From positions 70,028 to 134,027 of the forward strand of contig RDEW01000027.1 in NCBI GenBank assembly GCA_011109175.1: a DNA stretch of 64,000 nucleotides, given 5' to 3'. Positions within the stretch are counted from its first letter, which is position 1. Every line of letters begins with the position of its first letter. The stretch comes from Dicyema japonicum. Its lineage: Eukaryota; Animalia; Dicyemida. The translations under genes and the position numbers were made by a program. The notes beneath the pieces were generated by a model. The model worked only from the letters and a program-made list of their open reading frames with translations. It had not been told where the DNA came from and did no database searches. Shown here piece by piece: positions 1-11,097 of this stretch.

Positions 1-1439
1 TGTTTGGGCAGCTGTAATCATCCCCATTCTGACATTATAAACTGTTTTAACATTTGCAGACACAATTATTAGTATTTTAAAGGTTTTGCTGTTGAGCGTC
101 CCGCTAAGTGGTCGAAGGAAAAATACAGCAAACCTTCCAAATTACACGTCTCTTACCACGTAATGAAGATGATGATGAAATCTAATGTATGAGAAAATAT
201 TTCTAGAATTGGTTTTGCAAGCATCAAGTAAGTGACAATGTCTAGACTGTTGCATAATATTAATGCACACACAAACGTATGAATGATATCATCATTTATG
301 ATTTCTAGGTAATGTGGATAACATTACTTTGGTTTACCACCTTTGATCTTATTGACAAGCATGTCTCAATGTGCTTGAAAATGCCGGAACTGAATATTAA
401 TATATTCATTTATTAAACACATCATGATATATTTTATCTTAAATGGTTAACCACTTTAAAATATTTAAATTTTCCACTTTAAAAAAAAAAAAAAAACTTA
501 TCCAATAAAAATGAATTTTCCAAATTTCATTGAACTTGAAATGAAAAAAAGCGACGAAACTAAAACGTCGACTAAAAAAAATAACACCATATAATTGAAT
601 AAATCTCAAAAAATTTACCAAAGTGAAAAGAACGTCTAATTTTTAGCGTAATTTTTTCTGTTGATGAGCGGTCACGTCTCTTATATCATAATTCGGGTAA
701 CTTTTGATTGCAAATTCAAAATTTTTACGTTAAAAGTTAATAAAAATTTTTATTAAAATACAAAATTGTTAGAAACGTTACAGGTTTGAGAGAGTAACTT
801 TCGATGTGTTCATCATAAAGAAAATCTCTTCCCCGCAACCAATGATCTAGAAAGACATTTTTCGGTAACTATGTTGGTAAAGGGAAATATGTAGTTTTAC
901 CTGTTCATTATTAAAAGCACTGTTCTTGATATCGAATATCAGCTTATAAGAGGTGCTTCTACCATGAGATCCGGATCAGACTCTTCTTTCGCTTGAGAGA
1001 AAGGAAGACATAATGATTTATCCATCGTAAAGTAAGGCAGATATTCTGTGTGAGACGCATGTCGCTACTTTAATTTTCCAACTAATTTGCGGTCAACTAA
1101 TTATCTTGAAGTTTTAGAGATTTCACAATCAAAGAGTTCTTTTAACATTTCATAACTTTGGATAAGCAAGGTGATGACATACATTTGTTGCATGAATGTC
1201 CCAATCTCCTCAAAATAGATGTAACCAATTGTTCTTTTTCTCGATAAATAGACGAAATGATGGATTCAGGAGACATACCAAGTTTTGGAACGAGAAATTT
1301 TTGATACACTATACTCTTGGTTCGAGTCTCACCAAGAACAAGGCAATTATTAGTTAGATTTTTAATTCCGAAATTTTCTTAATAATAATTGTTACCGGTT
1401 TTATTTTGGACTGACATTCTCAATTTACTATAAAAATAT

Positions 1440-3300
1440 GTGACAGTAGATCAATAAAAGATGATTAATTTAAAAAAATGAAATTTACAGATCATTACTG
1501 GTAATCGAAACTTTATGGTATCTGTTATTGATAAATCGGCTAAGTGGATCGAACACTAGCACAAGTAGCATAAAAGACAAACTATCTCCCTGTAAAATCC
1601 CTCTTTGTAGTTTGATAGTGCGTGTATTTTCTTTATTCAAAAAAAGCTTGAGTTTCCAGTTTTGAAAAAGTATTTTAATTACATTACAATCCACGTTGGG
1701 ATGCCAGAGTTTTCAAGGACATCAAAAAGAAAATCATGTTTTCTGAGTCGAAAGCCTATTCAACGTCAATCCATGCTGCATAAAGTCCAAATCTGTTGAT
1801 TCTGTTAAGTGACTTATTTACTTAGAGCCTGTTTTTAGCACCTCCTAGTGCCCATTTAGTTTTCAGTAAGTAGATCAAATGCTTCTGCATAGTCAGTTAG
1901 CTTCATATGCATTTCGTCATGAGTTTATATAAAGATGACATGCATGTAATCGGGCGAAAATCTTTTTAAGACTCAGGGGCAGTGCATTTTGGAATCAAGT
2001 AAGTGAGTCCAGTAAAAAACCACTCTCCAGGCACACATTTTCCTTCCACAATTCTATTCATCACATTAAAGATTAAGCCGTGCAAAGACGTGAATTTTTT
2101 AACAAAAAAGTTGAAAACTCCATCACAACCTGGGACTTTCTAATTAGGCAGATATTTAATTGTTTTATTAAACCCATTTCTATTAAATCCAACAGGTACA
2201 TTTTCAACACCTGTTATTCTTTTTTAATATTAATTTTCTCTAAAAATGCATTTCTGTTTCCAAACGTTTTCCCAAAAGTCTGAACATTTTTCATTATCAA
2301 TAGACATAGTAACATTATTTGCCGTAGGTGTTAGGTTTTTGTAAAATGATCTTCGATTTAATTCAAAGTTTAGATTATCAAAGCAAATCTATTGCGGGAC
2401 TCAAATACACAATATTTTTTTCAAGAATTTTAATTTTATCTTCAATGCACGAAATAATCTTCGCTCTTTCACCATGGTTCTTTTTATATCCCACTAACGA
2501 TGATGCTTGAGAAGCCATAGGGTTTTCCTCAGATGACAAAGTCTTCATAAAAAAACTTTTTAATTAGCAAAAGAGATGATTTCCAAATTTCAATTTTTCT
2601 ACTTATGTTCTCTTTCTATTTTAATGGCTCATTTTTTTTCACTGAAATGATCTGATACGTAACTTGACCAGTATAAAAAAGAGTAGAAATTTGATCCATG
2701 GAAGTTATAGAATTCTTCTTAACCCAGTGGTTAATGACACAGTTCAAACACTCCAGTAAGTTATTGGAAATCTTGACATAAGGAATCTTTTTGGTTTATG
2801 TCTCGAGCTTTGTTCAATTTGCTCGGCAATTATCAATTGTTCCATAAGTGTGCGTCGGCAGTGATCGTAAAATTTAGGGTCCATGGACGGTGAAGACATA
2901 TCAGGCTTAGAATCTGAGGTCCCCTTCGAATCATGTTCATTGCTTGATAATTGTTGGCGTTTTTGGACGTACATCAGTCTTCTGAACTCAGGCATTGTTA
3001 TTTCCTCTCCAAACTTAGACTTGAACCCCTCCAAGAGAATAGCCAATCCACCTCTGGGGACACGACCGAGGCAAGAAGGCATGCTTTCAATAACCGAGGT
3101 GGCCCATTGTTCGCGACAATCAGCTGTTGAGGAAGACATTATTCTTATAAAACTGGAAAATTCGTGTTGTTTTCTTGAAGACAAATCGTAGAAGCATCCG
3201 CCTCGAAAACATGTCGGACAAGCTAGGCGGCTGTTCGATTTGGGTTTTCTTTACTCATTTCGGCATAATCGGACGATTTCGATGGTTCTTATTAACATCA
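1440..3300 (-). mobile_element. Degenerate R4/Dong-like non-LTR retrotransposon (N-terminal region plus RT)
   Basis: Minus-strand frames give NLNFELNRRSFYKNL...DFWENVW, TYLIPK...DFRPITCMSSLYKLMTKC and RGILQGDSLS, typical of R4-clade RT. There is a CPTC motif near 3200. Multiple stops and frameshifts; the element may extend to about 900. Confidence 0.8.
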
Positions 3301-4481
3301 ATAACAACCATTAACCAGCAACGTGTGAAATTTCAATATTGTATTATAAAATTACATATAATAATAAATTATAAATTAAAGAAACGTGCCTGAATGGTTT
3401 TAGTGAGTCTCGACAAAGACACACTAGAAAAAATAAAGAATTCGAGACTCGATCAAAGGCAATTTGTGGCAGAAGATTCTGAAATTAAAGTGAAAATATT
3501 TAGGCTAAATCAAATAGCTATATCTTTAATTTTGAAGATGATATTTTTTATCCAATCAGAAATCAAACTAAATTGAGATTTTTTTGTAAGAGGAATATCT
3601 AAGGCTGAAGAGATAGTCAAATAATTCTAAACTGTGTTTAGACGTATCAGTCCTCCATTGATTTTAAATACAGACAATGGGAAGGAATTCTGTAATGGAT
3701 ATATGGAGAAGTTATGCCAAAAATTTGGTAGAACAATTAAAGGCCGTCGACAATGAATTACTGGAATTGCCGGATGCGAGAAAAGATGCATACATAAATA
3801 TTTCGCTGGCAGCAGAGAGGATGGAAGAAAATCGTAAATGGAAACCTATGATGATCCACGGAAAGGGAGAAGGACCTTTTTTTTGTGGTGTCTGGTCCAG
3901 TTGTACATGATATCTAGCTGTTCGAGCCCTGCCATAAATACTTAATTCATCTCACAGTACCTTGTGCTCCTTCCAGCTTCCAGTAGTCCGTCGGCAAAAG
4001 AGTGCGCAGTCTTTAATATCAATCATCTTATTGGATCTGCTCTTGTGGTTCATTGGAACTTTGATCTCGAGCAGGAAGCAGATTCCTATTCTTACTGAGT
4101 CGTTGTCTTAAATTACTCCGAGCGATGCACAGGGAAGCGTTATCAGTCATACACCGCTCACACTTGTAAATATGGAAAATAGACATGCTTGTCGATGTTG
4201 ACCTAATTTCAAATCGATCGTGTCAACAATATTGGCACAAAAATGCTGTTTCTTCGGGTTTGGAGAGTTCCAAGGTTATCAAAGATCTTTTTATCCCATT
4301 TCCTGATTACAGGTAAGATGCCTTACATTGAATACTACATACTGCGGAGGGACACTCACAAACACGCAAATTTAAAAAAAATGTAAAAGCAACTACGTAT
4401 TGTCTAAACAACAAAGAAACCGCCGATAGACATAAAAGCGTAAATAGCGATGATAATTGAAATTTAACACATTTAACCCCA

Positions 4482-5068
4482 ATGCCAAGACAAAATCTTT
4501 TCTACTCCAATATATACAACGAACTAAATTCCCAACATACTCGCACAGGTTCATTTAGTCTAACATAATAAGAAAGAATGTTGTCCACAAGAAAAACCAA
4601 AAAATTTTCAAATTTCCCGCTCTAAATGTATTGACAGAGACTGGTATCCAAATAGTCAGAGTAAAATCAAGATTCGTAAGGATTTGGACAATAAAATGAT
4701 TTCGAAAGCAAATTCAAATCAAGTGAATTAAAATTAAACGTTAGAAAGAAATTAATAGCTCAGATATGAAGAAAAACGATGAAAAAACTAAGCTTTTAAA
4801 GAAAAAATTCAAATATTTCGATTTTTTATCTCAAAAATTACCGGAAAGTAACTGTGTGGTAAAAAAAGCCGAAAAGTATTATCTTAAAAGGGGTGAATCA
4901 CGTGGGCGGAGAGTAATGCATTATTATGCAGCTCAGAAACATGATGAATTGGATCTTTTTGTGGGGGATTATATTTCGGTTGAAAAAGTCTATGATGACG
5001 GATGGTGCTATGGTTACTCGAACAGATTTAAAACTTATGGATTCCTCCCGGAAAACTTTATTAATTAA
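4482..5068 (+). CDS. Small SH3-domain protein (3 exons, about 179 aa)
   Basis: C-terminal SH3: VMHYYAAQKHDELDLFVGDYISVEKVYDDGWCYG...GFLPENFI. Upstream exons join in frame through GT-AG introns 4549-4576 (28 nt) and 4723-4744 (22 nt). The 5' exon is less certain than the SH3 exon. Confidence 0.8.
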
Positions 5069-5124
5069 ATTATTTTTAAAACGAATTTTAATATTTTTTT
5101 TATTTTTAATAATTAGTAAATGTG

Positions 5125-6060
5125 TAGGCGTCGATGGAAAAGATCAACTTAAAAGCCTTCATAAGGTCCTCTTCAGAGCATTGGACAACCCACATGTCGA
5201 CCTTAAGTCGTCGACAATATGGCTAAAATACGGTGACAACTCACCTCGATCGGAGGCGCTGTACACGTATATGCAAAACCGCAATATTTTTTGGGGTCGA
5301 TCAACAAATACATGTCCCCACTGTTAGTCAAGGAGCATGTCGGTTGATCATTTAGGCACTCGATGCGGATCCATGCTCTGTCACTACTATGTGTGGAGGC
5401 ATGACAAGGTAGTAAGGAGTCTTCATCTTTTAATATGCAACAAGTATAATATTCGCCACACCAGAAAGTTGCGGACTTATAAGGTGCAATCTGTAGTAGA
5501 GAACACCAGGGTCCAAATTAAGGTAGGCAGTGTTATCCGTACCTCGGTGCTAACCAGAAAGTTGCGGAATTATAAGGTGCAATCTGTAGTAGAGAACACC
5601 AGGGTCCAAATTAAGGTAGGCAGTGTTATCCGTACCTCGGTGCTAGTTAAGCGCAATAAACCGGACATTGTGGTACACGATAAGGAGTCTGGCCAAGTCC
5701 TTATCATAGAGGTTGACATTATGTCTCAAGACCGTTTGCAGACTGTGGAAGTAGAGAAAAAAAGGATTTATGACTTGCAACGAAATGGGGAAGATGCTTA
5801 GTTGCAAGGTTCTCGTTATTCCAATAGTAATGACGTGGGAAGGAATTGCAACAAAGTACCACAAGGGTTATCTGAAGCAGTTGGGGTAGATAGGAAGCTC
5901 CAGACCCATCTACAGTCCACTGTATTAAAGCGGACCGTAGAGAGCCTGACACTAGAGTATAGGAGGCAGAGCCCGGAGATACCATATAAGCAGATGGTTC
6001 AATTGGACAAGGCGCTCTCGGAGTTGTTTCAGCAACCAGAATCGAACCTGCCTTAGGAGG
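5125..6060 (+). mobile_element. 3' part of an R4/Dong-like retrotransposon (CCHC knuckle plus restriction-like endonuclease)
   Basis: CPHC...SVDHLGTRC...RHDKVV, then NKPDIVVHDKESGQVLIIEV...EKKRIYDL (PD-(D/E)xK RLE). It ends in a cctgcct...aggcagg hairpin and an A/T-rich tail. Confidence 0.85.
5460..5645 (+). repeat. 93-bp in-frame tandem duplication inside the R4-like ORF
   Basis: Units 5460-5552 and 5553-5645 are nearly identical (RKLRTYKVQSVV.../RKLRNYKVQSVV...). Confidence 0.95.
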
Positions 6061-6675
6061 CTGGCGAACAGGCAGGCGAGGAAGGTTGTTGATTATTAAA
6101 TATTGACTTTTTATTGTTTATTAAATAAAGATGGAGTATTATAATTACCTGAAAAATCTTCAATAATTATCTTATCGTTCTCTCCCTGACCAAACCCTCT
6201 GATGAAGATTGCATTATGAAAACTATTCCGCTAAAGAATGAACTGATGTCTGCGACAGTAGGACGTGGGACAAAAATGGAAGAGGGCGGACGTAAGCCTG
6301 AAATGAAGTATTGGAAGATGGATTTTGTCGGCACAAGCAGATGTTCTCACTTTGGTTCCTTTCTTGGATTAGTTAGTTATGACTGTTTGTGCTGGGCTTC
6401 AATGGTAAGTCTGGGGTTAATAATAATAATTATTATTATTCTCGGTTAACCTAAGTACTTCACACTGTCCTTGTGACGGAGCGGCGAAAGAGCACGAAGT
6501 ACTGGTCGATAAATGAAGTAATTGTGGAAAGGCTAGATGCCGCTCGAGCTTTCTGCACAAACAAAGGGCCCAGTCGGGATGACTCTTTTTTCATGAAAGG
6601 ACGACAACAATTGTTTGTATGATCTCCTAGAAAGAAAAGTCTTGATCGAATGCAAAAAATTATAGGCCAATTTTT

Positions 6676-6975
6676 ATACACAGAGAAAGAAGTTAAAGTA
6701 AACAACTAATTAAGTATATCCAGTTTCCACTTCTACAGAAACAGAGTCTATCCGGATTCAGCATAAAAGGAAAAAGACGTCCATACTTGCAGTTGTGGAA
6801 ACCCCTCCAGTGGAGTGGGGAAGAGCAAATGATCATTTTTCGTGCCACCCAGGCACTGGGCGCCACCTAGACAGGTGGATCACATGACACCACTCTAATA
6901 GGAGGAGAAATAGTAGAAACAGATAGACAAACAGAAAACCTCAACTAATTAGCCACGCAGCACCACATGGTGCAA
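6676..6975 (-). mobile_element. SINE-like family A copy
   Basis: Homologous along about 290 bp to 27893-28190, 52868-53165 and 62497-62785. Confidence 0.85.
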
Positions 6976-7019
6976 CGCGGCGAGGAAGGAAAATATTTCT
7001 GACACACTTTGTCACTTTA

Positions 7020-8815
7020 TTATTATTATTCACGAGAGCCATAATATTTATAGCAGCAAAAAATATAAGCATGTGCAGCAAAAAATATAAAAAAATAGTT
7101 AGCTTGCTCCAAGCTCTTCTGTTCTTAGCCAGGTCCCTCAGTGTGTCCAGATCGTCACCAGATGCCAATGTTTTCTTCACGGCTTTCAGGTCGTCTTGTA
7201 AAACGACCAGGAGGGTTGTTCTTGATCTTCCGAGAAAGCGTTTTATATGGAGGAGTAATAATCTTCCACTGCGAAATTCGTTGGAGATTTCGGGTCCAAC
7301 CTCAGAACGCGTCCAAAAAGTCTCCAACGAACGCTAATGATCTCGTGACTTAATGGTGTACAATCACACTTATTGTACAGTCTTTTCCGCGAGATCTTGG
7401 ATGGCCAAAAACAACCCTCTCGGTCGTTTTACAAGACGACCTGAAAGCCGAGAAGGAAACATTGATTCCAGTTATGTTTCTTATATGATTCCTGTGAAAC
7501 GATTTTAGGCTCTCCAATTCCTCTTTTGAAGTAGCCCAGGTCCCAGAGTTGTATAGGAGGATTGGTTAGATAAAGGTGTCGTGTAACATTATCCTTTGTT
7601 TTATGTTATATCCTTTCCGTTTTTCAGCCTGTGTAATGCCGCGTTTGCCATGGTTTTTCTCCGAATGATATCTTCACTATCTCCTAATAGGGATTCAAGT
7701 TTCTTTATGTGTCTTCATTTTTCTTCGAGTTATTATTCATTCGTCTTATTCCTGTCCATTCTGTTTTTTCCCTGTTACGGTGAGAAACCATTTCCCAAGT
7801 ATATCTGGTGCTTTTTCTACTATATCTGGTGCTATTTCCAGGAGTTCTTTGTATTCAGAGAATAGGTTGACATCATCAGCATAAATAACTTCTTTTATTT
7901 TTCCTTGGTATTATAATCTCAGTTCCCTCATAGCGGTCTCCAAGTATATTGTAAATAGTAGCGGAGGGAAGGAGTCTTTTTGAGGAGTGCCTGTGTTTGT
8001 TTCAAATTTTTTTGAGTAGGTTGTTCCAACTCTCACAAGGAGCTCTGTGTTAGATAGAAAAATTTGGATCTTTCTTAGACTCGATTCGTCAATAAAGCCT
8101 TCCAGCACTGTCATCAATTTGTTCATGTTAACCGAGTTAAAGGCTTTTGATAGATCTATTCTCTGAATGTGGGTGAAATTGCAATATCTTTGATGTGTTG
8201 CACATCTCCATCTGTGACTCCAGACTGCATCAGCTGTTGATCTTTTTTCTCTGAACCCACTTTGACTTTCGAGTAGGTAGTCATAGGCGGGTCCTTTTAT
8301 TCGTTCCAATACAATGTTAGCTAAGACTTTCCATAGAGAATTTGATAATATAATCGGTCGCTAGTTTTCAACCGGTCCTTTGGGTATATTGGGTTTTTGT
8401 ATATGTATTAGTAATCCCGTTCCCAAGGGTAAAGTTGAGTTAGTTGAAAACATTTCATTTAGTAGTGTAGCGATATTTTCAAAATGGGGGTAAGGCCGAA
8501 TTTTAGTAATTCTGGGATTATCGTATCTGGTCTAGGGCTTCTATTATTTTTTAGTTTTTGACATGCTGTTTTTACTTCCAAAATTGTAATTGGTTCTTTC
8601 AAGGGTCTAGGCTTTTTTTTGAATGAGGGATTGATGTAATCACATTGAGAAGTTTTTCAAAATGTGTTGCAATTACCTCCGCTTGCTCTTCACTATTCAG
8701 TAATGTCCTGCCATTTTTGTCTTTAATGATTATTCGTTTTTTTCCGGTTTGTGTGGCGTAGAATTGATTTTGCGAAGCAGTTCTTCTTGATGGAGTGTTC
8801 TGATATTTCTAAGAA
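7020..8815 (-). mobile_element. Degenerate RTE-clade LINE (RT and 3' end)
   Basis: QSGFREKRSTADAV...DLSKAFNSV...TGTPQKDSFPPLLFTIYL...YADDV. C-terminal GRSRTTLLVVLQDDLK...NRRAW, ending in atggctctcgtgaataataataa. Confidence 0.85.
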
Positions 8816-8819
8816 TTTA

Positions 8820-9004
8820 ATCCCTTTGTTAAATAAATTTTAAAATGTGAATAAAAAAAGAACTATCTAAAACAAATTTAATAAAAATTAAAAAAATAAT
8901 ATTTTTTCATAAAAATGTGCGGATTCGAGAATTTTGTAGATAAAATGTATTTTGACCGATTGGATGGCGGATTCATGAGGTGACACATTCGATAAAATTT
9001 ACTG
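8820..9004 (-). mobile_element. Solo end of a pogo/Tigger-like element
   Basis: Ends ...tttactg|ta and carries gcggattc subterminal repeats, like the Tigger end at 19700-19914. Confidence 0.55.
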
Positions 9005-9329
9005 TACTTTTTTTCAATTGTGCAATGAGTAGGGCGATTTTTATCAGTAAAGCCAAAAATTCATATGTTCTTTAAAGTTGTTTAAAACCTCTAAAATGTA
9101 GTTATTAATCGAAAATATTATATAAATCAAAATTTAAAATCTAAAAAGTCAAAATTTGGGTAGTGTATTTTTAAAAGTAGGTTGAAGGGTCTAATTTCAC
9201 GATAGCCGACACTCATTTATAATCAGCTACAATGAGAGTCGGAAACTTTCAAAAATGCTCGACCACATGAAGACATGTCGCTTTCAAGTCTGATGCAGTA
9301 GAAACCTCAGAGATTCTGACACAAATCGC

Positions 9330-9480
9330 TATTTTCAACATAAATAAATAAAGCAATTTACGAGGAGCCAGATTAGTTATCGCTCCTCCCAGACTTTAAT
9401 TTAAGCAAAAAACAGTTATCATAACTAATTGATGAAGGAGAACCAAGGAATATTCTGCACTTCTGGTATTTAAACTTTAT
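9330..9480 (-). mobile_element. tRNA-SINE family C, 3' fragment
   Basis: Tail ...ggagcgataactaatctggctcctcgtaaattgc matches the tails at 34460 and 41240. Confidence 0.65.
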
Positions 9481-9489
9481 TACGACATC

Positions 9490-10075
9490 TTTGTCGAATA
9501 GTTATGTAATCTACTTTTCTCAGGTGACAACTAATGTTATGGTAACACGAAAAAGGATCATTTGCTCTCTCCTACTATACTGGAGAAAATTCCACAGCTA
9601 CAAAGACTGGACTGATTAGGAAATTGTCACATTTTGGATATATGAAAGAAAAATTGTTAGCGCAGGTGGTTACTCTATATGGTAGGGTCAGTGTCAAAAG
9701 ACACAGAAAAAAGAAACTTTTCCCCTCATTCAATCGATACGTGTGGCTGGTTAGTATGCTTCGGCTCTGAATGTGAGGCGTCGTGTATTTATTGAATACT
9801 TATGATTTCTTGAGACATAGAACCAAATCCAGGACCAAGATTCTTTGCTATTATGCAGATCAATGTTGACGGCATAAAACCAAAGATCCTGTATCTGTTG
9901 AAACACAAGATCGATATTTCCATTATCTCCAACAACAATGATAGAATTCGATACAAATCACTGGTCATAATTTTTTTAGGGTTTTTAAGTGACAGGGGTG
10001 ATATGAGCTTTAGGAATAGGAGAGGAACTCCAGAATGTCGATAGAATTGAATGAGGCAGTATTTGACCGACAAGT
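9490..10075 (+). mobile_element. 5' fragment of a 2A-APE LINE, with family A motif copies upstream
   Basis: ILMIS*DIEPNPGP (9814-9837) is followed by the APE start IMQINVDGIKPKI. Junction motifs lie at about 9500-9570 and 9660-9730. Confidence 0.75.
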
Positions 10076-10079
10076 ACTT

Positions 10080-10700
10080 TCATAGCTAATTGTGGTTCGA
10101 ATGAATCGTTTATATATGATAATTAGGCCTTTTCTGCTTTAGCATAAAGAATACCATGACACAGCTTTCAGTATGTTGATTTTGCGAGAAGCTTTTGTGC
10201 ATTGTTCCTCACATGTTTCGAAAAAGTCTTTAGTTAGTCGAAAATAACTAACAAGTATTTTGGGATGTTTCGTAACGGGAATTTTTAAAATTGGTTTAAG
10301 ATTTAGTTGGCGACGGTTGAATGTGAATATAGTGATGGATTTCAATGGAGGAGATAAATGATTTGCTTCGAGCCACTCCCAAGAAAGTTCAAGTGGTTCT
10401 GGACATCATTTGTTGTTTCGTTAAAACTCCGAGTATTTGTGTGCAAGGCTGTTTATGTTAAATTGAATGACATTGAGGAATTTCGCATTTTTGTGGAGGC
10501 CCTGGGTTCTGTTCGATATCCCAAGCGAGGATTCTGAAGCGACAATCCGATCTCTGGGAGCGGAAGCTTTGGCCCTCTCAACAGCTGCCATCATACATTC
10601 GACCTCCCTTACGTCGTTGAACAGGTTGACATGGGAGTAATTGTGGTTCATTTAGTTGTCAAATTGATACTGCCATCCAATTTTCGCCACGTGTAGGTGA
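10080..10700 (-). mobile_element. Internally deleted 2A-APE LINE fragments
   Basis: ILAWDIEQNPGP (10497-10520) then the frameshifted APE start VIQFNINSL. A post-RT fragment (KASRKINILKAVS) lies at 10139-10345. Confidence 0.7.
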
Positions 10701-11097
10701 ACTACGTCAAATTTCGAAATATCAGTACCAGAGTACACTTAATCCAGATACTCTAAGAATTTAGATGATTCTTATCAGAACAAATATTACTCGAAACAAA
10801 TATATTTTTGATACTAAAAGCCTAAATAATTTTCATCAGCAATCTACATTCTTCAGTGCAAAACAAGTTTTATTCAACCTTAACATAAGTATTCTTTATT
10901 TGAAAGCAAAACTAAAAATCGTCTAATACGAAAATAGGTTAAAATCCATTATTCTGGAAGTCGTTGTGCTACCGCATAACCACAAAAATAAAATTACATT
11001 TAAATTAAAAAAATAATCAGATAAATTATTACTCTATTTAATTAAAATTAATTGAATAAATTAGTGCCACGCTTGAACATAAAATAAGGACAAATTT

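Noticed and set aside
1-420. Possible gene fragment at the window start
   Set aside because: Short GT-AG segments and a hydrophobic minus-strand frame exist, but no product or consistent model could be supported.
4525-4527. In-frame TAA hinting at stop-codon reassignment
   Set aside because: An alternative acceptor at 4576 removes the conflict, and the conserved genes splice without internal stops under the standard code.
6040-6085. HDV-like ribozyme suggested by ttcctcgc on the minus strand
   Set aside because: No P3 or P1 pairing around the loop; better explained as the 3' UTR hairpin of the R4-like element.
6195-6235. CTGATGA...GAAA hammerhead-like core
   Set aside because: Stem II is weak and no stem I/III pairing is visible. 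Other CTGATGA hits (15200, 34650, 45068) lack GAAA or are coding.
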